NCBI GenBank assembly: GCA_977020255.1
Contig: CDROCS010005497.1
Coordinates: 62,001-126,000, forward strand
Direction: 5' to 3'
DNA length: 64,000 bases
Source of the DNA: Obrimoposthia wandeli
Lineage: Eukaryota
The notes below the pieces were generated by a model. The model was not told where the DNA came from and did no database searches. It saw nothing but the letters and a program-made list of their open reading frames with translations. The translations under genes and the position numbers were made by a program. Below, one piece after another: positions 11,901-18,832 of this stretch (positions are counted from its first letter, which is position 1; the number at the start of each line of letters is the position of its first letter).

Positions 11901-11984
11901 ATATGAACTACTTATCTCCCTAGCTACTGCCACATCTGGTGAGAGGTTACTAAGACTTGAACTTCTTCTTGGCATTATTTCCAC
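8958..11984 (-). CDS. Tail fibre protein with heptad coiled-coil repeats
   Basis: Repeated DRVQTGL/DRIQTGL heptads; VLSFNGRDG and GSGLDADKLD fibre motifs. Confidence 0.7.
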   Translation of the reverse strand: MEIMPRRSSSLSNLSPDVAVAREISSSYDTVKAVAENLENVTAVGEAIVDGSIVDLMDNIVDIVAIGNEVAEIVVVSDNIDDVNIVATNVVSVNTAAANIPNIIAVGSNITNVNIAATNLSAINTAATNIEVIQGAAQNAADTGVDASATAADVVLTHADVTTTNADVVLTHTDAIITHADVELTNTNVALAEADKIQTNLDRVAVASDLVATNQDTADTAADRVQTGLDSTQTGLDSSQTALDRLAVAADLVQTALDMQATAANRIQTGLDFDQTALDRIQTGSDRTQTGLDRIATGNDKTTTNADVILTHADVVLAEADKVQTGLDRVQTGLDRVQTVADRVQTGLDATAATNQASIATARASEASASADFVDDLFLGAKASDPATDNDGGVLQEGAIYYNTTLEPKQLKIWNGSQWNQAVFDASGAVLSFNGRDGIVVLNASDINTALGFTAIELTKSNVESLNINSATVNSLTVETAVPTGAIFTDTNTWRSVIDNLTSTNPSSSLSANQGRVLKGLIDTIENTLLSDNLALDSFQEVVDFIEQNKSELDTLGISNIAGLQNALNGKVDAGQVLTNVPSGAKFTDTVYTHPIHAGDDINIDTLALSGATVISDLDFNVTTDTQGHVTDANASIATRTLTLANLGYTGETNATADQSDAEILAAVKRVDINGASGLNAGTFDNLGSGSFLRSDASDTISTSGESVLSIEGGTNLGGLTYYKEASVESGMKIGYDGSANLSYMDNIFNNVAHRAWTSDRNSNVIKFTATPTVAGSTVWHGGNDGAGSGLDADKLDSLQSTQFVRSDIANEVTAQLTVDNTGKLTSAYSWTNSAIQATSLEIIDSNTNDETVCPTLFMHNYGDGGVKIRMGNTGDKTLYFSSGQGSDAGRPTDNNGGTYFNAMKLNNNLIYHAGNIPTWNQSTTGNATTATRLLEIGDHLLNNVEYSPVWENNSNTLFTSTANYTYNPGKKRLTSINLRATEALELGAAQAEIKYNSTDNSIDFIIN

Positions 11985-12592
11985 CCTCCTGTAAATATTC
12001 TATCAGACATGTCTAGATCATCAGCCGTAAACATTCCTTTAGCTTCAATCCGCGCACAACTAGCCTCAAACTTAGCGTACTGACTAGCGCCTTTACTCGT
12101 AGGTGTATCACCATCTACCCCTTCATTCCCTAAATAACCTACATACAGCAATAATGCCTCAATCATCTGAGGAGGTATTGGAATATTTGTATCTGGAGAA
12201 GCCTCAAGCATAATCTCCGGAGCTGATACATATATAATTGCAATATGTGCTCCATCAATAGTAACAGGAACTTGAACCTTATTCCACCCAACAGTATTAA
12301 CACTTAGTGGATTATCTTCCTCATTAATTGCTAGAATATTAACATTACTTGAGCTATCAGTAGGAACTTCACCGTAGGCAGCTACAGTCCACATATAATT
12401 AGAAGGCATAATATATGTATCTATACCATCCTCTAAAGCTATAAGCTTCTCCTCAGTACTAATAGGGAATCTTTTGTATAGTTCAATAAGACCTAAATTA
12501 ATAAAGCCCACTATACTGGATAAGTCATTCTTTGTTGCTACACTCTTTAGTACACTAGTACCAGCAATTGTAGCTAATTCATTTATAGTCAT
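11975..12592 (-). CDS. Head-tail adaptor-like protein (N4 gp67-like)
   Basis: FINLGLIELYKRF motif; position between terminase and fibres. Confidence 0.6.
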   Translation of the reverse strand: MTINELATIAGTSVLKSVATKNDLSSIVGFINLGLIELYKRFPISTEEKLIALEDGIDTYIMPSNYMWTVAAYGEVPTDSSSNVNILAINEEDNPLSVNTVGWNKVQVPVTIDGAHIAIIYVSAPEIMLEASPDTNIPIPPQMIEALLLYVGYLGNEGVDGDTPTSKGASQYAKFEASCARIEAKGMFTADDLDMSDRIFTGGWK

Positions 12593-12615
12593 ATTGACTC
12601 CTTTCTCTTTCTACT

Positions 12616-12647
12616 ATTATAACTAACAAGACCTTCAGGCCTCCTTA
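12616..12647 (-). promoter_or_regulatory. Sigma70-like promoter upstream of adaptor/tail operon
   Basis: Minus strand TAAGG aggcc TGAAG gtcttgttagt TATAAT. Confidence 0.6.
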
Positions 12648-14366
12648 GAAGACTGTGCTGCTAGTACTCTCGTCGTCGTCGTCAGTGTCAAAACTTCCCC
12701 ATACCCTAGAGTTGACATGTTCTCTCTCTAGTGTAACATTTCCCATACTAGGAAGTCTAACATCCATAGCTGCAATCATACTAATACAATCCAAGGCATC
12801 ATCGTGCTTAGACCCAATACCTTCATAAGTGATATAGTTTAACTCATTTAGTATCTCTTTCATATCAGGACTATCTTTAATTTCCTCAGGAAAATAAATC
12901 TTATGTCCTTGGAACAGTGGATGTACTCTCATAAACTGTTCATGTTTAGCTCCTGCAGCCCGTCTTCTACTTATACCTTCTTTACCATACGCAGCGCCAA
13001 TCTGCCGTGCAAAGGTAAAGTGTGTAGAATACTCTAACATCTGCTTCTTAAGTGCGTGTACATTCAACTGTTGTTGGCCATCAATCTCAACACCTACATA
13101 CGCATTTCTACCAAACTTAGCCGCCCACTCTCTTACCATCCTAAATATAGGCTCATACTGCTCAGATATACTCATCTTTTGTACACAAGCATCTAGCATA
13201 AACCAATCACCATTTGAACTAACAGCCCAAGCCATAATACCACTAAAATCCCCAGTAAGGCTATTACTAGCAGTAAGGTCAGTAGTAATATAGATGTTAT
13301 AATTATCCAAGTTCTTAATCAACGCTTTCCTAGAATACCATTGAACCTGTCCCTCTTTAACAAGCTTATCTTCCTCAGAACTAATTCTAAGCATAAGCTC
13401 CTGCTGAAAGGCTCTACCTTCTCCAGCTTCTTTCATATCTAGGTACCTGTCTTTAACTCTATCGTAGCTATGCATTTCTGGCCAAGCACCAATAAACTCA
13501 CTAGCCTTAGTCTCATCATTAATACCACTACAAATAGGAACAACTAGCGGAGTCCATCCACCTTCAATCGCAGAATAAACAATATCTTTTTTATTAAAAG
13601 GAGTACCAATTAAGATCTCCATTCCCCCTTGTGCTCGTAAAGCATGAGTAGCATCAGAGTAAATAGTTGACCTAATACTTTGCATAATAGTGTCAGACCG
13701 AGAGTCACTCTCATTCTTAACCATATCATCCCCAATAATTACATCAATTCTTTCTCCCTTATACCTCTCACCCCTGATACCCCCTTGTGCACCCTTAGTT
13801 CTAAACATAAACGATCTATCAGAAGCAGGCTCTGTACCTTGTCTTACAAGTTCAATCTCTGCATCTGTACATCTAATCTTCTCAAAATAGTTCTTAAGCA
13901 ACTCACTCTCTTCAATCATGTCTCTAAGAGTATTACACATTACTTTAGCACCACCTTCCTGAGAGGCACCAACACCAACAACAAATCTTACTTGATCACC
14001 AATCCCTGGTCTCTGTAGGCCTGGAAGTCTACCAAACATTGCCATATAGATAACTAAGAAGCAACTAAAAGTAGTTGACTTAGATAATCCTCGAGAACAT
14101 AATATTGCCAACTTATTCCTCTTAAGACGAACAGCAGCATTAACCTCCTCTGAATAGGGTAGGGAAGCTCTGTCGACGTTGTTAAACACTAGATCAATAA
14201 AGTAGTAGTGCAAAACAGGAATGCCCGCTGTGAAGAACCTAGGGCCCTTTATGAGCTGCATAGTATTCCAGAAGTGTAATGCCTCTTCACTAGGAGTATA
14301 ATTAGGGAATGTTAAGTCAATTGTATCTAGCAAATCATCCACTGTGGGTAATGTAGACTCAGCCAC
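12645..14366 (-). CDS. Terminase large subunit
   Basis: Walker A-like CSRGLSKST, Walker B VIIGDD, C-terminal nuclease with HDDALD. Confidence 0.9.
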   Translation of the reverse strand: MAESTLPTVDDLLDTIDLTFPNYTPSEEALHFWNTMQLIKGPRFFTAGIPVLHYYFIDLVFNNVDRASLPYSEEVNAAVRLKRNKLAILCSRGLSKSTTFSCFLVIYMAMFGRLPGLQRPGIGDQVRFVVGVGASQEGGAKVMCNTLRDMIEESELLKNYFEKIRCTDAEIELVRQGTEPASDRSFMFRTKGAQGGIRGERYKGERIDVIIGDDMVKNESDSRSDTIMQSIRSTIYSDATHALRAQGGMEILIGTPFNKKDIVYSAIEGGWTPLVVPICSGINDETKASEFIGAWPEMHSYDRVKDRYLDMKEAGEGRAFQQELMLRISSEEDKLVKEGQVQWYSRKALIKNLDNYNIYITTDLTASNSLTGDFSGIMAWAVSSNGDWFMLDACVQKMSISEQYEPIFRMVREWAAKFGRNAYVGVEIDGQQQLNVHALKKQMLEYSTHFTFARQIGAAYGKEGISRRRAAGAKHEQFMRVHPLFQGHKIYFPEEIKDSPDMKEILNELNYITYEGIGSKHDDALDCISMIAAMDVRLPSMGNVTLEREHVNSRVWGSFDTDDDDESTSSTVF

Positions 14367-15115
14367 TATAACACCTCCACATCAATAGGGCCATCAATAA
14401 GATCAACACTTACTTTCTGTACCTCTTGTATTGTACCACCAGCACTTAACAATTTTTTCTGGTTAATAGCAATAAGTGTAAGCTGCTCATTCAGTGAATC
14501 TTGCATACTTTTACTCTCTTCACTTAAACCTAACTCTAACTCAACCTTAGTTTCTTCCGGAGGCTTAACATGTGTTAAAATCTCTTTAGCTGCTGTGATT
14601 CTATCCTTAGCATATATTGCCGTCTCCATCTCAGTTACAAGTGTGTTAACTGCCTTATAACGTGCACCTTGAAACATCAGGTACAAGGGCATATCACTTT
14701 GTACTAGAATCTGCCTTACAAGAGGACTTTTATGGTACCTACTTGCAGCACTAGTTAATTCTTTATACTTACTACTATCTGTAGGAGCATCTAGTCTATC
14801 TAGAACAAACTTATCCATGCCTCTTGATCGCTTATATGCATCAACTATACTAAAGTCTTCTGCCTCTAGGTATGAACAAAACTTAATTGCATTAATATAG
14901 TCCTTCATACTAACACTACCTTTAATCATTACATCTTGATACTCTACTAGAGTCCTCATAAAACCATCCAAACTAAAAGTAGGATCATTCTGAGCATCGT
15001 TAATTAACTTTGCAGTTGCCTCAGTAATTGTATCTCTCTTAGCAGGGAATGCAGTTTTTAAGTCAGTCACAGAAACTTCTGATACCTGTTTGCTTACTAC
15101 TCCAAATTTGCCCAT
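14366..15115 (-). CDS. Terminase small subunit-like (N4 gp69-like)
   Basis: Directly upstream of TerL with a 1-nt overlap; helical; KDRITAAKEILTHVKPPE. Confidence 0.6.
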   Translation of the reverse strand: MGKFGVVSKQVSEVSVTDLKTAFPAKRDTITEATAKLINDAQNDPTFSLDGFMRTLVEYQDVMIKGSVSMKDYINAIKFCSYLEAEDFSIVDAYKRSRGMDKFVLDRLDAPTDSSKYKELTSAASRYHKSPLVRQILVQSDMPLYLMFQGARYKAVNTLVTEMETAIYAKDRITAAKEILTHVKPPEETKVELELGLSEESKSMQDSLNEQLTLIAINQKKLLSAGGTIQEVQKVSVDLIDGPIDVEVL

Positions 15116-15116
15116 G

Positions 15117-15404
15117 TTATCTTTCCTTTAGGTCCACAGCTAGTGTGGCAATGTTTAATTTATTTAGTTTATCACATATAACAGGAGTTGATACTACTAA
15201 GTCAATACTATTATCAACACATTTAGTATATATCATCTCCGTTATAATATCGCCATCTTCATCTATATTGCTAGATAGGGTTGTAGCTCCCTCTATATTA
15301 GTGTAAATTACATGGTTTGATTCATCTATCAATCCTGTAAGATTCCTAAACCTATCGTCTATCATTATATTCATCATATCTTTCCTTATAACAAAGTATA
15401 GCAC
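15117..15404 (-). CDS. Hypothetical protein
   Basis: ORF in operon direction, preceded by a promoter-like motif at 15395-15426. Confidence 0.5.
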   Translation of the reverse strand: MLYFVIRKDMMNIMIDDRFRNLTGLIDESNHVIYTNIEGATTLSSNIDEDGDIITEMIYTKCVDNSIDLVVSTPVICDKLNKLNIATLAVDLKER

Positions 15405-15481
15405 GTTTAAGCTTAGTATTAGTTTATATTAAATTATTTGTGATTGTTTGACTTGAATAAGTCGTAGTTGTGTTGTGAGTG

Positions 15482-15572
15482 TGGAGGAGAATGTCAGAAT
15501 CGAACTGACACAGGCTATTAACCTGACCTGGGTTCAAACCAGGGCCGATACCTAATTTCGGTTGAATTCTCC
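15482..15572 (-). tRNA. tRNA-Ser(TGA)
   Basis: Cloverleaf; anticodon arm CCTGG-TTTGAAC-CCAGG; long variable arm; CCA encoded. Confidence 0.9.
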
Positions 15573-15573
15573 A

Positions 15574-15645
15574 TGGTGGAGTATATCGGTAACGATCCGA
15601 TTCGCCGTCCTTGCAAAGGACAGGTCCAGCCCATCTGGATACCCC
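15574..15645 (-). tRNA. tRNA-Ala(TGC)
   Basis: Loop TTTGCAA; G3.U70 wobble; CCA; short D region. Confidence 0.85.
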
Positions 15646-15653
15646 TTATAATA

Positions 15654-15743
15654 TGGAAGAGAGTTACGGTCTCGAACCGTATGCTGCGAACGCAACACGA
15701 TTTGCTTAGCAAGCAATCTCAGAACCTATCTGATTAACTCTCC
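15654..15743 (-). tRNA. tRNA-Ser(GCT)
   Basis: Loop TTGCTAA; long variable arm; CCA. Confidence 0.9.
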
Positions 15744-15745
15744 AA

Positions 15746-15822
15746 TGGTAGTGGTGAAGGGACTCGAACCCTTAAGACCTGGTTTCTAAGACCAGTATGT
15801 ATGCCAATTCCATCACACCACT
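15746..15822 (-). tRNA. tRNA-Leu(TAG), short variable loop
   Basis: CTGGT-CTTAGAA-ACCAG; A73; CCA; variable region only 5 nt. Confidence 0.85.
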
Positions 15823-15834
15823 AAGTGTACTGTA

Positions 15835-15910
15835 TGGTACCTCCTCTGGGATTTGAACCCAGAAATTTCGGATTTTAAGTCCGTTGCCTATGCCGTTCGG
15901 CTAAGAAGGT
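15835..15910 (-). tRNA. tRNA-Leu(TAA), short variable loop
   Basis: Loop CTTAAAA; A73; CCA; variable region only 5 nt. Confidence 0.85.
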
Positions 15911-15912
15911 AA

Positions 15913-16000
15913 TGGTGGATGCCCTGAGAGTCGAACTCAGCACGTGTCTTTGTTACGGGTTTACAATCCGCTTAAACCAACCGATAGTTTACTGACATCC
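15913..16000 (-). tRNA. tRNA-Tyr(GTA)
   Basis: Loop TTGTAAA; long variable arm; CCA. Confidence 0.8.
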
Positions 16001-16031
16001 AATTAATAGTTTATTGCCAAATTCCGGGCAT

Positions 16032-16064
16032 AAAAAAAGGAGCCTACCCTTTCGAGTGACTCCT
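16032..16064 (-). terminator. Intrinsic terminator (attenuator) upstream of the six-tRNA operon
   Basis: Minus strand AGGAGTC-AC-TC-GAAA-GG-GT-A-GGCTCCT hairpin running into U7. Confidence 0.85.
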
Positions 16065-16099
16065 ATGTGACTTATTATAAAAACTAGGTATACTAGCTT

Positions 16100-16183
16100 T
16101 CAAATTCCACGAGGAGTCCTCTGCCGTGACGACAGATATAAACTATAAGATACTAAGGCTAGTAATGTAGTTAAACTCTTCAT
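16100..16183 (-). CDS. Leader peptide B (27 aa, MKSLTTLLALVSYSLYLSSRQRTPRGI)
   Basis: AAAGGA RBS; Ser/Leu/Tyr/Ala-rich; contains GACTCCT complementary to the terminator 5' arm. Confidence 0.8.
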   Translation of the reverse strand: MKSLTTLLALVSYSLYLSSRQRTPRGI

Positions 16184-16226
16184 GATATTTTCCTTTTATT
16201 TTTGTCTTTCAATGACTGTTATTCCA

Positions 16227-16258
16227 ATTATAGTATAGATATACTTAATCTAACCTTA
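16227..16258 (-). promoter_or_regulatory. Promoter of leader B / six-tRNA operon
   Basis: Minus strand TAAGG ttaga TTAAG tatatctatac TATAAT. Confidence 0.7.
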
Positions 16259-16699
16259 ACGATCACTACTTCTTCTACCTACTTTAGCTTTTGCTTCAGT
16301 CACTAACTGATCTACATCCGACATCATAGCACTTAAATGCTCATAGTCTTCACTATGTACCCAGCATACTGTAGCACCTGGGATTATGAACTTCGGCTTT
16401 TCAGAATAAAGTGCCATAAATTCATCCCCACCAATTCTATAAACTTCTTGTAAATTCTCTGTATGCTGTAATGCGTTAGCAATTTGTTTTATCAACGCAT
16501 CTCCTGCAGCATACCCTTGTTCTCTATTAACCTCATGCAAACCTACAACGTCTATCATTGCAAGCCAGAAAGGTGTACTTATCATTTGTTGTAAGGTCTC
16601 TGCTTCGAAGTCATGTCTTTGTTTTAACCCTGTAAGATAATCATATCTGTACATCTTAACCATGTTCTTCCAATGGACAATTTCTTGTTCTTTTGTCAT
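16256..16699 (-). CDS. Stand-alone GGDEF (diguanylate cyclase-like) protein
   Basis: DYLTGL, MIDVVGLHEVN...GYAAGDALI and an intact YRIGGDEF motif. Confidence 0.85.
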   Translation of the reverse strand: MTKEQEIVHWKNMVKMYRYDYLTGLKQRHDFEAETLQQMISTPFWLAMIDVVGLHEVNREQGYAAGDALIKQIANALQHTENLQEVYRIGGDEFMALYSEKPKFIIPGATVCWVHSEDYEHLSAMMSDVDQLVTEAKAKVGRRSSDR

Positions 16700-16766
16700 A
16701 ATAATAATATTCCTAATGTTTATATTACCTATAATAACATTAAATAACTTATATACATCTTAAATT

Positions 16767-16840
16767 TGGTCCTCGATGATAGAATCGAACTATCGTTCCT
16801 CCCTAATCAGGGGAGTGCACTACCATTATACTAATCGAGA
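16767..16840 (-). tRNA. tRNA-Ile(GAT)
   Basis: CTCCC-CTGATTA-GGGAG; A73; CCA; unusual T at position 37. Confidence 0.75.
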
Positions 16841-16842
16841 AT

Positions 16843-16919
16843 TGGTCGGAAGGTCAAGAATCGAACTTGAATCTCTAGCTTTTCAGGCTAGCGCTCGTAA
16901 CCTAATGAGCTACCTTCCG
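16843..16919 (-). tRNA. tRNA-Phe(GAA)
   Basis: CTAGC-CTGAAAA-GCTAG; CCA. Confidence 0.9.
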
Positions 16920-16994
16920 TGGCGCCACATGAGAGAATTGAACTCTCCTTTCCGACTTGACAAGACGGCGTCCTAACCGATGGACGAATGCAGC
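16920..16994 (-). tRNA. tRNA-Asp(GTC)
   Basis: Loop TTGTCAA; G73; CCA. Confidence 0.85.
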
Positions 16995-17000
16995 TTAATA

Positions 17001-17074
17001 TGGATGAGACAAAAGGGCTCGAACCTTTGATAGGAGATTCAAAGTCTCCGGTGTTGCCACTACACTATATCTCA
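17001..17074 (-). tRNA. tRNA-Gln(TTG)
   Basis: GGAGA-CTTTGAA-TCTCC; CCA. Confidence 0.85.
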
Positions 17075-17077
17075 TTA

Positions 17078-17155
17078 TGGTGCCCAGTATTCGAGTCGAA
17101 CGAATAACCTTCTGCTTACAAGGCAGCTGCTCTAACCAATTGGAGCTAACCAGGC
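17078..17155 (-). tRNA. tRNA-Thr(TGT)
   Basis: Loop CTTGTAA; canonical D arm; CCA. Confidence 0.85.
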
Positions 17156-17158
17156 GTA

Positions 17159-17234
17159 TGGTCTAGATGGTAGGATTCGAACCTACGTGTTCCTCCGTCC
17201 AAGGGAGCCTGGAAACCATTCCCAGCACATCTAG
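17159..17234 (-). tRNA. tRNA-Pro(TGG)
   Basis: Loop CTTGGAC; C1-G72, A73; CCA. Confidence 0.85.
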
Positions 17235-17242
17235 TTTTATTT

Positions 17243-17318
17243 TGGAGTCCTTAGCCAGATTCAAACTAGCACCTCAGGGATTTGCAATCCCGCGCATTAA
17301 TCATTTTGCTATAAAGAC
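17243..17318 (-). tRNA. tRNA-Cys(GCA)
   Basis: Loop TTGCAAA; U73; CCA. Confidence 0.85.
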
Positions 17319-17320
17319 AT

Positions 17321-17398
17321 TGGAGGAAAGTATCGGAATCGAACCGATGTGTTCTAAATTCACAGCTTAGCGTCATTTCCAATTTTGACTACCCTTCC
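17321..17398 (-). tRNA. tRNA-His(GTG), atypical acceptor end
   Basis: CTAAG-CTGTGAA-TTTAG; CCA; no obvious G-1:C73 pair. Confidence 0.75.
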
Positions 17399-17445
17399 AA
17401 GATGAGGACATTTTAAGCCTGTCCTCTTAAGTACATAGTACTTAG

Positions 17446-17526
17446 CTCAACTGGTAGGACTCGAACCTACATAGGATTTCTCCCCAGATTAACAGTCTGG
17501 TGGACTACCGGATGTCCCACAGCTGA
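17446..17526 (-). tRNA. tRNA-Asn(GTT) with extended variable arm
   Basis: CCAGA-CTGTTAA-TCTGG; U1-A72, G73; 13-nt variable region with GGA-GAAA-TCC; CCA not encoded. Confidence 0.8.
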
Positions 17527-17549
17527 GCTAAACACTAAATTTCAGGCAT

Positions 17550-17586
17550 AAAAAAAGGGTTCAACCAAATTAATGATCAAACCCTT
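17550..17586 (-). terminator. Intrinsic terminator (attenuator) upstream of the nine-tRNA operon
   Basis: Minus strand AAGGGTTTGATCA-TTAATT-TGGTTGAACCCTT (13 bp with G.U pairs) running into U7. Confidence 0.85.
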
Positions 17587-17612
17587 CTTTCTCTACCAGT
17601 TGTTTTTACACA

Positions 17613-17702
17613 TTACAAGGTATAGACATGAAGGGTTCTCAGCACTGTAGGCTGATTATGGTTAACAATTCTAAAATCACAAGTAGTTGATAACGTGTTC
17701 AT
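17613..17702 (-). CDS. Leader peptide A (29 aa, MNTLSTTCDFRIVNHNQPTVLRTLHVYTL)
   Basis: AAAGGA RBS; contains GAACCCTTC complementary to the terminator 5' arm. Confidence 0.8.
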   Translation of the reverse strand: MNTLSTTCDFRIVNHNQPTVLRTLHVYTL

Positions 17703-17753
17703 GTATATTCCTTTTCTATTTATATGTTTTACTATTTCTCTTTAACATTCCCA

Positions 17754-17785
17754 ATTATAGCACTAGCTACCTTAAACAGACCTTA
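17754..17785 (-). promoter_or_regulatory. Promoter of leader A / nine-tRNA operon (extended -10)
   Basis: Minus strand TAAGG tctgt TTAAG gtagctagTGc TATAAT. Confidence 0.75.
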
Positions 17786-17947
17786 ACCATTAATAATCTT
17801 TAGTAATCTTCTTCGTTCTTGATGATACCTTAGCCATTCTGTCTTAAGCCAAAAGCCTTGAGGTAAGCAATACTCATCATCTAACTCATCTAGTAATACT
17901 TCAGGGTCAGTCTCATCCTCTACTACTTTACTTATAATAAAAAACAT
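17783..17947 (-). CDS. Small acidic hypothetical protein (54 aa)
   Basis: Manual translation MFFIISKVVEDETDPEVLLDELDDEY...; start overlaps the upstream stop. Confidence 0.45.
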   Translation of the reverse strand: MFFIISKVVEDETDPEVLLDELDDEYCLPQGFWLKTEWLRYHQERRRLLKIING

Positions 17948-18354
17948 TATACCCCTTTTGGCGCCACACTACCTACCGCTTTGTCCGTAGCAATAACATC
18001 CATATATACTTCCAACACAGCTTCCCTCTCTAATAAGAACAACTCTGTGCTACCACTAAACTTCTTTTCCGGAGTATACTGCCATTCTTTAAGCCTGTGA
18101 TGACACTCAGTCTCCTTAGTAAACACATCAGTTACTTCCTGATCTTTAACTATACGAATCTGCGGAGTAGTCCTATAAGCATCAAAGTAACTACCAACAA
18201 TCTGTAACAACCGTTCCTTACTACTATGCCCACTAGCCTTACCGACCTTATACACCAATACATCTTCAAATACGAACTCTAGTACGTAAAGTCTTTCGCA
18301 TTTGACCTTATCACCTTTAGTAATCTTAAAGAACTCAGCCATCATCAACCTCAT
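17947..18354 (-). CDS. T5orf172/GIY-YIG-like domain protein
   Basis: LYVLEF...VYKVGKAS...KERLLQI...ETECHHRL...TELF pattern. Confidence 0.55.
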   Translation of the reverse strand: MRLMMAEFFKITKGDKVKCERLYVLEFVFEDVLVYKVGKASGHSSKERLLQIVGSYFDAYRTTPQIRIVKDQEVTDVFTKETECHHRLKEWQYTPEKKFSGSTELFLLEREAVLEVYMDVIATDKAVGSVAPKGV

Positions 18355-18832
18355 CTTTCCTTTGTACTAACATTCCACCCAGCCTCTCCCACTCATCAGT
18401 AGCCAGCTTCAAGCCTTTAGTACTATTAGGTATAATAAGATAAGGATTAACCATATAAGTACCTCTCCTAACCCTCTTAACAATACCCAAATACTCCATA
18501 TGCTTATAATTCTTCTCAAGGCCCTTACTAATATACGCCGTGTAATTATCCCACTTATTAGGAGTAACTAAATTCGGATTATACTCTTTTATAATAGTCT
18601 GCTCAACTATACAATCCCTGAAGAACCTAAATACCGCATACTCACTTCGATTCAACTCCTCACATACCCCAATAATATCCATACTACACATCCCTAATCT
18701 CCTAGAGTATTTTCCATTCCCGGTAAGCATATAAGGCGGATACACAACCCTAACCTTATCCTTAACAGTAATAACAACCTCACTATCCTTATTAAGAGAT
18801 TCTATAATAGAATTCAATCCATCCATAAGCAC
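18335..18832 (-). CDS. Winged-helix/RepL-like DNA-binding protein
   Basis: GIVKRVRRGTYMVNPYL wing motif. Confidence 0.5.
   Translation of the reverse strand: MLMDGLNSIIESLNKDSEVVITVKDKVRVVYPPYMLTGNGKYSRRLGMCSMDIIGVCEELNRSEYAVFRFFRDCIVEQTIIKEYNPNLVTPNKWDNYTAYISKGLEKNYKHMEYLGIVKRVRRGTYMVNPYLIIPNSTKGLKLATDEWERLGGMLVQRKDEVDDG

Noticed and set aside
643-15306. Plus-strand ORFs within the left arm (e.g. 643-831, 1205-1549, 4258-4536, 9442-9780, 13680-14018)
   Set aside because: Antisense shadows of long minus-strand genes with clear protein motifs.
15518-17370. ORF-track entries 15518-15712, 16776-16976 and 17167-17370
   Set aside because: They overlap well-formed tRNA genes and lack RBS or protein-like features.
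17399-17445. Extra tRNA between His and Asn
   Set aside because: Only two short hairpins; no cloverleaf, T loop or CCA.
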